From Tubiluchus corallicola (taxonomy: Eukaryota; Animalia; Priapulida), in contig JAQGDQ010001784.1 in assembly GCA_030141605.1 (NCBI GenBank), positions 1 through 25,619 on the forward strand: 25,619 bases of DNA, written 5' to 3'. The notes beneath the pieces were generated by a model. The model made no database searches, was not told the DNA's origin, and saw only the letters and a program-made list of their open reading frames with translations. The translations under genes and the position numbers were made by a program. Each line of letters opens with the position of its first letter. Position 1 is the stretch's first letter. Of this stretch, positions 1 to 10,480 are shown one piece after another.

Positions 1-53
1 CATAGTTTAGCTGAGAAAATGCGATTCTCATGCGCGTATGATGCACCAAAATT

Positions 54-587
<534 letters not shown>

Positions 588-1034
588 CCGAAAATATATC
601 CCTGTTATAACGACCAGTAGGCGACTCACACGACAATACAGCATCAGCCCGGGGGGGTTAAAACCCTGTTACGCTTGGCTTCGTACATTACGATATCCGG
701 CTTAATTATTAAGATATGCACCGGTATTGCTGATAATGCAAAAATGATACATTTCCGGGCAAAGTACCGCTATTCAACTGGTACACACGCGTGCTGGCAA
801 TCTTCAATTGTGTTTTGTTCTCGTGTGCGTGAATTTTTACTTTTTAAAGACTTATTCTTCTTAGTTACAGACAACATACGCATAGCCTTACCAATGATAT
901 GCATTATTAATCGTAACTTAATTTGCTGTTAGTTTTTCATCAATCTCAACCTCAAACTATTTGCAGGTCTAGAACTAATTGACGACTATTACCGGCCGAG
1001 TTGTGACATTAATAAGTCTTGATTTTAACAGTGT

Positions 1035-1241
1035 TTGTGAACTAGACCTAATTATTGTGGACTGTTTGTAAAGTATAACGACTTTAATCGAAAGTGTGTA
1101 TTGATTTTGTGAACTAGACCTAATTATTGTGGACTGTTTATAAAGTATAACGACTTTAATCGAAAGTGTGTATTGATTTTGTGAACTAGACCTAATTATT
1201 GTGGACTGTTTATAAAGTAAAACGACTTTAATCGAAAGTGT
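1035..1241. repeat. 72-bp tandem repeat, ~3 copies
   Basis: Unit ttgtgaactagacctaattattgtggactgtttataaagtataacgactttaatcgaaagtgtgtattgatt. Confidence 0.92.
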
Positions 1242-1329
1242 GCACATTAAGAGTGGAAATACATTATACATCAATGGAGTTTTCGTTCCTACGATGAACA
1301 TCTACTTTTTCTTACTGTCATACTGTGTA

Positions 1330-1444
1330 AGTATTATCAGTACAGCATTTTCCAGAGTACAGTACAGCAGTATTATCAGTACAGCATTTTCCAGAGTACA
1401 GTACAGCAGTATTATCAGTACAGCATTTTCCAGAGTACAGTACT
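1330..1444. repeat. 39-bp tandem repeat, ~3 copies
   Basis: Unit agtattatcagtacagcattttccagagtacagtacagc. Confidence 0.92.
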
Positions 1445-1557
1445 TCATGGTTTTAACAATGGATGTCATTTTTCTACAATGCATTTCAAAAGATAAACAA
1501 TGAATTCTATTTTTCTATTCAGTAGGAAGCTGATCTCTGCCAAAGTAGGACCCCAAT

Positions 1558-2010
1558 ATGAATAACAGAACACTAAATTTAAGAAACATTAGAACGAACA
1601 ATCAATATGGAAAGAATTCCATTACTAAGCAAGCAATACAACTTTGGAATTCATTATCGACATCACTAAAACACAGCAGCTCTTTATTAATATTCAAGTC
1701 TAAATTATAAAAAACATTTAATGACTCGTTTTGAATATCCGACATACGAACACGATGATACTTACTCAAATCATAATTTCATTTTTCCTAGACCTTACTA
1801 AACTAGTTTATATTTTATTTTTGAATTTCTAGTTGCACTTATAGTTTAGCTTACCAGACGCATTTGCCCAGAACAGTGTATGTATTTTTTATATGAACTA
1901 ACACTGATTGTCTGTCTTTTATTATGATAGTCAATGTTTTTAAAATGGCAAATAAAGATTTTACTACTACTACTCTACTACTACTACTACTACTGCTACT
2001 GCTACTGCTG

Positions 2011-2062
<52 letters not shown>

Positions 2063-2088
2063 CACTACTACTACTACTACTACTACTC

Positions 2089-2125
<37 letters not shown>
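1558..2125 (+). mobile_element. 5'-truncated L2/Crack-like LINE 3' end with expanded (CTA)n tail
   Basis: Manual translation from 1558 gives MNNRTLNLRNIRTNNQYGKNSITKQAIQLWNSLSTSLKHSSSLLIFKSKL*, matching the YG..S....G..LWN.L...K...SL..FK..L ORF2 C-terminus of CR1-group LINEs. An AT-rich 3'UTR follows, then AATAAA (~1951) directly before the (CTA)n run. Confidence 0.75.
1963..2124 (+). repeat. (CTA)n microsatellite with CTG interruptions
   Basis: Direct reading; source of the poly-L/poly-Y ORFs. Confidence 0.96.
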
Positions 2126-2499
2126 AAAATAGAAAATCCTAAAAAACTGACTTAAAATAATTTTTGCACATATCTGTAATAACTGCTTACTTTTGACTAT
2201 GTTGTCTAAATTTTTGTTTGTTTCGTCGTATCTGAAATAAAAGTCAAATTTATCATAATTAAAATTCTTAAAATTAATGTTACGAATAATTAAGCATAAT
2301 TTAGTATAGTTTAAATTGTTGTTGTTGTTGAAGTAATGAAATTGTACTTTTAAATTCTGGCATATAGAATTTTTTTAATTAAAGTTTTCAAAGTTAATTT
2401 ATTTTTAGTAACCTAACAGTCGTGAATACAGTGAACAGGTTATACTCAACCTTTCTTGTACCGTGTTGGTCGTGTGTAAAACTGTTGTTTCGTTTCTTA

Positions 2500-2997
2500 T
2501 TGACTTCTCCTTTATTCTTTATCATGAATTAATTACTACGAAAAAAGTGCTCGTTTCAAATTGCTTTTTTGTTGGCTTCTCCTTTATTCTTAATCATGAA
2601 TTAATTACTACGGAAAAAGTGCTCGTTTCAAATTGCTTTTTTGTTGACTTCTCCTTTATTCTTAATCATGAATTAATTACTAAGAAAAAAGTGCTCGTTT
2701 TCAAATTGCTTTTTGTTGACTTCTCCTTTATTCTTAATCATGAATTAATTACTACGGAAAAAGTGCTCGTTTCAAATTGCTTTTTGTTGACTTCTCCTTT
2801 ATTCTTAATCATCAATTAATTACTACGAAAAAAGTGCTCGTTTCAAATTGCTTTTTGTTGACTTCTCCTTTATTCTTAATCATGAATTAATTACTACGAA
2901 AAAAGTGCTCGTTTCAAATTGCTTTTTGTTGACTTCTCCTTTATTCTTAATCATGAATTAATTACTACGAAAAAAGTGCTCGTTTCAAATTGCTTTT
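2500..2997. repeat. 71-72-bp tandem repeat, ~7 copies
   Basis: Unit ttgacttctcctttattcttaatcatgaattaattactacgaaaaaagtgctcgtttcaaattgctttttg, with length variation in homopolymers. Confidence 0.93.
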
Positions 2998-3069
2998 AGC
3001 ATTATATCCAACCACTTATGCTACGACTTATGCTGAATCTTTTATGGATTTTGTGTAAAAACCGGTTAC

Positions 3070-3311
3070 GGTGAAACTGGCCACTAACCAGTTAAGTAAT
3101 AACGTTAATAACTAACTTAGTTATTAACTAATAACTAACTGATAACAAAAGCTACGTTCGTCTACCACTAGGTGGCTCTTGCGGCGGCTGAGAACACTGC
3201 TGAGATGTTGCATTATGTACCAGGGGAGCGTCAGGCGCGCAGTAGACAATAACGCAGAATATTTCCCCGTTACTAACTAAGTTTTAATTAACTTTAATTA
3301 ACTTAATCACC
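3070..3311. mobile_element. Small MITE-like foldback with GC-richer core
   Basis: Imperfect ~40-bp inverted repeats (agttaagtaataacgttaataactaacttagttattaac at ~3090..3129 vs gttactaactaagttttaattaactttaattaacttaat at ~3269..3307), outer GGTGA/TCACC, inner gtctac/gtagac. No clear TSD. Confidence 0.4.
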
Positions 3312-3921
3312 ATCTACGTCACATCGGGAACATTCATCATTCATTAATCCCAGCATCAGTAGCGTTTATTTATAACGTCACACTGAAAAGGTCAAAGGTT
3401 AAGTGTACCAGATAGCTCATTTGTGTACACTTGGTAACGTCTCACAGCAATAATATTATATTATACATATAATTAAAGTTAATAATATATATATGTATAT
3501 ATATATAGGTTGGTGATACGTGAAGAAGACTGACAGTACCTTGTGTTTCCTACTGTCACTTTCCTCCTATCAGCTTAGAAAACTACAAGCGTCAAAACAG
3601 TGTGAACTATTTACATTTGGACGTACCCTAACACTTCATTAAACTGACCTTGTGAACTTGTGATCCTGAACTACGTTGTTATGGTGACGTGAGACTGGGT
3701 TCCTGGCAACGCTCTTATGTATTTCAGTTTGCAGTAACTATGAAAAAATCAATAATTTAAAGCAAAACCGGACACAATCTTAAACTGCAGGTCAAAACAA
3801 TCTACTCTTTAAAATATTGGAAGCAAAACGTACTATTTTTCTCGAAAGTGACCTACGTGAAAAAATTATTACCACACAAACACAATTTTACGTTCGCACG
3901 ACTAGTTCTTCACTGTTACAC

Positions 3922-4237
3922 GCATTTCACCATTTGCTAGTTAGACGGGCACTAGTGCCTGCATTTCACCATTCGCTAGTTAGACGGGCACTAGCGCCTG
4001 CATTTCACCATTCGCTAGTTAGACGGGCACTAGCGCCTGCATTTCACCATTCTCTAGTTTGACGGGCACTAGCGCCTGCATTTCACCATTCGCTAGTTAG
4101 ACGGGCACTAGTGCCTGCATTTCACCATTCGCTAGTTAGACGGGCACTAGCGCCTGCATTTCACCATTCGCTAGTTAGACGGGCACTAGCGCCTGCATTT
4201 CACCATTCGCTAGTTAGACGGGCACTAGCGCCTGCAT
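3922..4237. repeat. 39-bp tandem repeat, ~8 copies, each with an internal hairpin
   Basis: Unit gcatttcaccattcgctagttagacgggcactagcgcct; CGCTAGT...ACTAGCG forms a 7-bp stem with a 9-nt loop. No spacers. Confidence 0.93.
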
Positions 4238-4949
4238 ATCGGAAACGCATTGCATAAAAACAGCTGCTGTACCTCTCATTTCAGAGGTGTCAGTTTGTGA
4301 TAAACTGCACGCTTGATAGCTCATGCGTGAGCACAGCGATAAATTTGAAATTTGAATTTTAAAACTTGCCTAATTTTAGTACAATACACTGAATATCTTA
4401 CAGTGGCACTATACTTCAATTTTCGCTTTCGCAAACACATGCAACACGTTCGTGGAATGTTTTTGCTGTTGAAAATTATGTTCGTTTGTGATGTTTGTAA
4501 AAATTTAACACTGATGATGACAACAGCAGTGCTTCTGCCGAAACGTTTGACATAATTTTTTAACTATACAAATTAAAAGTTTTAATAAAGTTTTAATCAC
4601 AAATATTTAGAAACATTAAAAATAATTCACTACATCTACATACTAATTTACAACATATATACAAGATTAAATTAGATTCATGTGTATTACCTTACAAAGT
4701 GACTTGGTATGTGAATACGTATATATTTGTCGTTCAACCGAAATTAATGGCTAAAAAGGTAGATGAACACTACGTGGAACATTTGTGTATTATTGACTAT
4801 AAATCCATTTAATGAGCAAATACCTTGTGAGTCTTTTGCTAGTCTATTTAATACCAATATACATTTTTGCATCTTTGCTTGTTTATCCTTGTGTTAAATT
4901 TTTTGTCAAAAGAATCAGACGAATAAGTTAGTTTAGGATTTTTCGGCTT

Positions 4950-4950
4950 T

Positions 4951-4990
<40 letters not shown>

Positions 4991-5009
4991 CAGTAGCAGT
5001 AGCAGTAGC

Positions 5010-5074
<65 letters not shown>

Positions 5075-5528
5075 CAGCAGTAGCAGTAGCAGTAGCAGTA
5101 GTAGTAGTAGAGTAGTAGTAGCAAAATCTTTATTTGCCATTTTAAAAACATTGACCATCATAATAAAAGACAGACAATCAGTGTTAGTTCATATAAAAAA
5201 CATACACTGTTCTGGGCAAATGCGTCTGGTGCAAGCTAAACTATAAGTGCAACTAGAAATTCAAAAATAAAATATAACCTAGTTTAGTAAGGTCTAGGAA
5301 AAATGAAATTATGATTTGAGTAAGTATCATCGTGTTCGTATGTCGGATATTCAAAACGAGTCATTAAATGTTTTTTTTTAATTTAGACTTGAATATTGAT
5401 AAAGAGCTGCTGTGTTTTAGTGATGTCGGTAATGAATTCCAAAGTTGTATAGCTTGCTTAGTAATGGAATTCTTTCCATAACGATTGTTCGTTCTAATGT
5501 TTCTTAAATTTAGTGTTCTGTTATTCAT
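4950..5528 (-). mobile_element. L2/Crack-like LINE 3' end with (TAG)n tail (inverted copy)
   Basis: Reverse complement of 1558..2125. Confidence 0.75.
4951..5120 (+). repeat. (TAG)n microsatellite with CAG interruptions
   Basis: Direct reading; mirror of 1963..2124. Confidence 0.96.
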
Positions 5529-5642
5529 ACTGGGGTCATACTTTGACAGAGATCAGCTTCCTACTTAATAGAAAAATAGAATTCATTGTTTATCTTTTGA
5601 AATGCATTGTAGAAAAATGACATTCATTGTTAAAACCATGAA

Positions 5643-5756
5643 GTACTGTACTCTGGAAAATGCTGTACTGATAATACTGCTGTACTGTACTCTGGAAAAT
5701 GCTGTACTGATAATACTGCTGTACTGTACTCTGGAAAATGCTGTACTGATAATACT
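5643..5756. repeat. 39-bp tandem repeat, ~3 copies (inverted copy)
   Basis: Reverse complement of 1330..1444. Confidence 0.92.
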
Positions 5757-5843
5757 TACACAGTATGACAGTAAGAAAAAGTAGATGTTCATCGTAGGAA
5801 CGAAAACTCCATTGATGTATAATGTATTTCCACTCTTAATGTG

Positions 5844-6051
5844 CACACTTTCGATTAAAGTCGTTTTACTTTATAAACAGTCCACAATAATTAGGTCTAG
5901 TTCACAAAATCAATACACACTTTCGATTAAAGTCGTTATACTTTATAAACAGTCCACAATAATTAGGTCTAGTTCACAAAATCAATACACACTTTCGATT
6001 AAAGTCGTTATACTTTACAAACAGTCCACAATAATTAGGTCTAGTTCACAA
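5844..6051. repeat. 72-bp tandem repeat, ~3 copies (inverted copy)
   Basis: Reverse complement of 1035..1241. Confidence 0.92.
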
Positions 6052-6516
6052 ACACTGTTAAAATCAAGACTTATTAATGTCACAACTCGGCCGGTAATAG
6101 TCGTCAGTTAGTTATAGACCTGCAAATAGTTTGAAGTTGATGAAAAACTAACAGCAAATTAAGTTACGATTAATAATGCATATCAGAGAAAAACGAATGT
6201 TCACATTTTGTTCATGGTAAGGCTATGCGTATGTTGTCTGTAACAAGAATAAGTTATTAAAAAGTAAAAATTCACGCACACGAGAACAAAACACAATTGA
6301 AAATTGCCAGCACGCGTGTGTACCAGTTGAGTAGCGGTACTTTGCCCGGAAATGTATCATTTTTGCATTATCAGCAATACCGGTGCATATCTTAATAATT
6401 AAGCCGGATATCGTAATGTAACGAAGGCAAGCGTAACAGGGTTTTAACCCCCCGGGCTGATGCTGTATTGTCGTGTGAGTCGCCTACTGGTCGTTATAAC
6501 AGGGATATATTTTCGG

Positions 6517-7056
<540 letters not shown>

Positions 7057-7060
7057 AATT

Positions 7061-7952
7061 TTGGTGCATCATACGCGCATGAGAATCGCATTTTCTCAGC
7101 TAAACTATGACATTTTCTCTAAACGCTGTAAAGATAATAACTGTCATCCAATATTGCCGAATTGTAACTGTGAATTTCGATTTGAGTCTGTTGAACACTT
7201 TTTGTTGCACTGCCCATTGTATCAACTACCTAGGGCTGTTATGTTTGATAAATTAAATGAAATACTTCAGCCCGAAAACCTTAATATAGCTGCCTTAGGA
7301 ACTAATGATCTGTTGAAGTTGTTATTATTCGGAAAAGATGAATTTAACTATGTTGCTAACTGTAAAATATTCCAATGCATACATGACTTTGGAATATAAA
7401 GTATATTACGTACTAAACGATTCCACAGTAGTTTCTAGCTGATATGAAATGCATCAGTCTTAAATATTCGTACATTAATATTTTCTAACCGTCATTTTCT
7501 ACTAATGTCTAATGTATTCTTGTAGTAAAACTTGTCAGCTTGTGTAGTTATAGTCTATTCTTACAGTAGATGTTACTAATGTCTAATGTAATCTTGTACT
7601 AAAACTTGTCAGCTTGTGCAGTTATAGCCATTCTTACTGTAAATGTTACTAATGTCTAATGTATTCTTGTACTAAAACTTGTCAGCTTGTGTAGTTATAG
7701 CCATTCTTACTGTAAATGTTACTAATGTCTAATGTATTCTTGTACTAAAACTTGTCAGCTTGTGCAGTTATAGCCATTCTTACTGTAAATGTTACTAATG
7801 TCTAATGTATTCTTGTAGTAAAACTTGTCAGCTTGTGTAGTTATAGTCAATTCTTACTGCAAATGTTCTTGTAAATAGTGTATAAAGTCGTTTGTGGTGA
7901 GGATCCTAAATCATGTTGTTCAAACTGTCTGATCCAATCCTATAATAAATTA
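7061..7952 (+). mobile_element. 5'-truncated CR1-like LINE 3' end (ORF2 C-terminal CCHC remnant plus 3'UTR)
   Basis: ORF 7061..7399 reads HTRMRIAFSQLN...CNC....ESVEHFLLHCPLY....LLLFG, the usual C-terminal zinc-knuckle region of non-LTR ORF2. The 3' end ggtgaggatcc...atgttg...aactgtctgatccaatcct..AATAAA resembles invertebrate CR1-group termini. Clade assignment is tentative. Confidence 0.75.
7500..7866. repeat. 73-74-bp tandem repeat, 5 copies, inside the LINE 3'UTR
   Basis: Unit tactaatgtctaatgtattcttgtactaaaacttgtcagcttgtgtagttatagccattcttactgtaaatgt. Confidence 0.92.
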
Positions 7953-8029
7953 TCCTTAAACTAAGCAGGCTTCCATTTATGTTACTAACATACTAACCAT
8001 AAGCTTTAAATATTTACAAAATTTTAGTC

Positions 8030-9277
8030 ATAAGCTGTCATAATTACCTTCATAAACGTCATCATATTGACCTCTAGGTGACCCCTATAAGCTGTCATAA
8101 TTATCTTCATAAACGTCATCATATTGACCTCTGGTGACCCCTATAAGCTGTCATAATTATCTTCATAAACGTCATCATATTGACCTCTGGTGACCCCTAT
8201 AAGCTGTCATAATTATCTTCATAAACGTCATCATATTGACCTCTGGTGACCCCTATAAGCTGTCATAATTATCTTCATAAACGTCATCATATTGACCTCT
8301 GGGTGACCCCTATAAGCTGTCATAATTATCTTCATAAACGTCATCATGTAGCCCTCTGGGTGACCCCTATAAGCTGTCATAATTATCATCATAAACGTCA
8401 TCATATTGACCTCTAGGTGACCCCTATAAGCTGTCATAATTATCTTCATAGACGTCATCATATTGACCTCTAGGTGACCCCTATAAGCTGTCATAATTAT
8501 CTTCATAAACGTCATCACATTGACCTCTAGGTGACCCCTATAAGCTGTCATAATTATCTTCATAAACGTCATCATATTGACCTCTAGGTGACCCCTATAA
8601 GCTGTCATAATTATCTTCATAAACGTCATCATATTGACCTCTAGGTGACCCCTATAAGCTGTCGTAATTATCTTCATAAATGTCATCATATTGACCTCTG
8701 GGTGACCCCTATAAGATGTCATAATTATCTTCATAAACGTCATCATATTGACCTCTAGGTGACCCCTATAAGCTGTCATAATTATCTTCATAAACGTCAT
8801 CATATTGACCTCTAGGTGACCCCTATAAGCTGTCATAATTATCTTCATAAACGTCATCATATTGATCTCTAGGTGACCCCTATAAGCTGTCATAATTATC
8901 TTCATAAACGTCATCATATTGACCTCTAGGTGACCCCTATAAGCTGTCATAATTATCTTCATAAACGTCATCATATTGACCTCTAGGTGACCCCTATAAG
9001 CTGTCATAATTATCTTCATAAACGTCATCATATTGACCTCTAGGTGACCCCTATAAGCTGTCATAATTATCTTCATAAACGTCATCATATTGACCTCTAG
9101 GTGACCCCTATAAGCTGTCATAATTATCTTGATAAATGTCATCATATTGACCTATAGGTGACCCCTATAAGCTGTCATAATTATCTTCATAAACGTCATC
9201 ATATTGACCTCTAGGTGACCCCTATAAGCTGTCATAATTATCTTCATAAACGTCATCATATTGACTTTATAAGCTGT
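8030..9277. repeat. 57-bp minisatellite, ~22 copies
   Basis: Unit ataagctgtcataattatcttcataaacgtcatcatattgacctctaggtgacccct, highly homogeneous. A few 56-bp units near the left end break the frame. Confidence 0.96.
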
Positions 9278-9501
9278 AGCTTCCTTGATCCGCCTAAAAC
9301 ATGCTGAATCGAATGTTGTCGTTCATGTTAATAAGTTGACAAACGCGCACATTACTGGTAATATCTATTTTATGCACCATCTGAAATCTATTGTAAAACA
9401 GAATGTATGTTAATTCAAATAAATTGAAATTAAATCAATTATTTGTTAAAATATTAGTCGTAATAATTATCAAGAATGCGCGCACACAAATTAAGAAAAC
9501 A

Positions 9502-9511
9502 ATTATTATTA

Positions 9512-9543
<32 letters not shown>

Positions 9544-9544
9544 T

Positions 9545-9616
<72 letters not shown>

Positions 9617-9619
9617 GTC

Positions 9620-9650
<31 letters not shown>

Positions 9651-9665
9651 CAATTATTATTATTA

Positions 9666-9714
<49 letters not shown>

Positions 9715-9742
9715 CATTATTATTATTACTATTATTATTATT
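9502..9742 (+). repeat. Compound (ATT)n/(CAT)n/(ATT)n microsatellite
   Basis: Direct reading; source of the poly-I/H/Y/N/D/M ORFs. Confidence 0.96.
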
Positions 9743-9774
9743 AGACAAAAACACCATCACAATTACATAATAAG

Positions 9775-10007
9775 GTGATGATGTTCGTCCTTCGAATCGA
9801 AGATGACCATAGTGACAGGGATGAAGAATCAGTTTTGGGGGTTGTCATTCCTTTGATGAGCTCGGAGGTGACTGATTAGGCCAATTCTGGCCTGGAAACT
9901 TTTTTGGCATTTGGCACAGGTGAGGCTGGGTGTTTGGACCTGTTGTTGGGCAGTGTCTTGCGTCTCCTGCGCTTCTCCTCTGCCTCCTCAATTCTTTTCG
10001 CCTCTGC
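9775..10007 (-). mobile_element. 5'-truncated RTE-clade LINE 3' end (frameshifted)
   Basis: Manual minus-strand translation gives AEAKRIEEAEEKRRRRK, then after a frameshift LTCAKCQKSFQARIGLISHLRAHQ...* (stop at 9829..9831), the C2H2-like C-terminus of RTE ORFs. It is followed by the RTE-type 3' end atggtcatcttcgattcgaaggacgaacatcatca. Confidence 0.8.
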
Positions 10008-10480
10008 TACATACAATTATACAAACTGAAGACAAGAATTACTACAATTACTTGTCGATAATTAGTGAACAAATGATGAAACTGCTTACTTAGCTGAGCT
10101 AAAAGCTGGAATTTGGCAAGCCCAGCTGCAGTGCATGTGTTGCTAGGTAATTAATTAGTGGTGAAGTGAGGATTAAGATACTTGGACTGTTTTGCTACTA
10201 CTGTGAGGATGGATACTGATAGAAGTTTTGTTTACTCGAAGGTATCTATTTAAAATTTGATTTTTTAGCATTTATAAATCTAGTAATGGATCAGTTATGT
10301 TTTGTAGACTGACAAATCTCATTGGAGATTTTTGGTTTTTGAAATATTATACAATATTTAGCTACGTTGGTTCCACAGAAAGGCGTAATGTATCGATTAT
10401 ATCTTATATTATGTCTCTTAGATGCCAAATTGACTGGATTTGCAAAAAAAACTTAGGAAAACGTTTTGGACACGTGCTTG

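Noticed and set aside
975-1503. Repetitive 60-108 aa ORFs and their mirrors at 5583..6111
   Set aside because: Arise from 72- and 39-bp tandem units that are multiples of three; no recognisable protein features.
1924-2155. Poly-Leu / poly-Tyr ORFs (also 4928..5161 and 9403..9778)
   Set aside because: Trinucleotide microsatellite translations.
3922-4237. CRISPR-like palindromic 39-bp repeats
   Set aside because: Units are head-to-tail with no unique spacers, there are no cas genes, and the context is eukaryotic.
8231-9145. 304-aa ORF of 19-aa repeats (MMTFMKIIMTAYRGHLEVN)
   Set aside because: Product of a 57-bp minisatellite; neighbouring units have 1-nt deletions or stops and there is no unique N- or C-terminal sequence.
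10158-10246. Possible plus-strand first exon ATGGATACTGATAGAAGTTTTGTTTACTCGAAG|gtatct (MDTDRSFVYSK)
   Set aside because: Weak donor, too short to recognise, and no downstream exons identified; would need RNA-seq.
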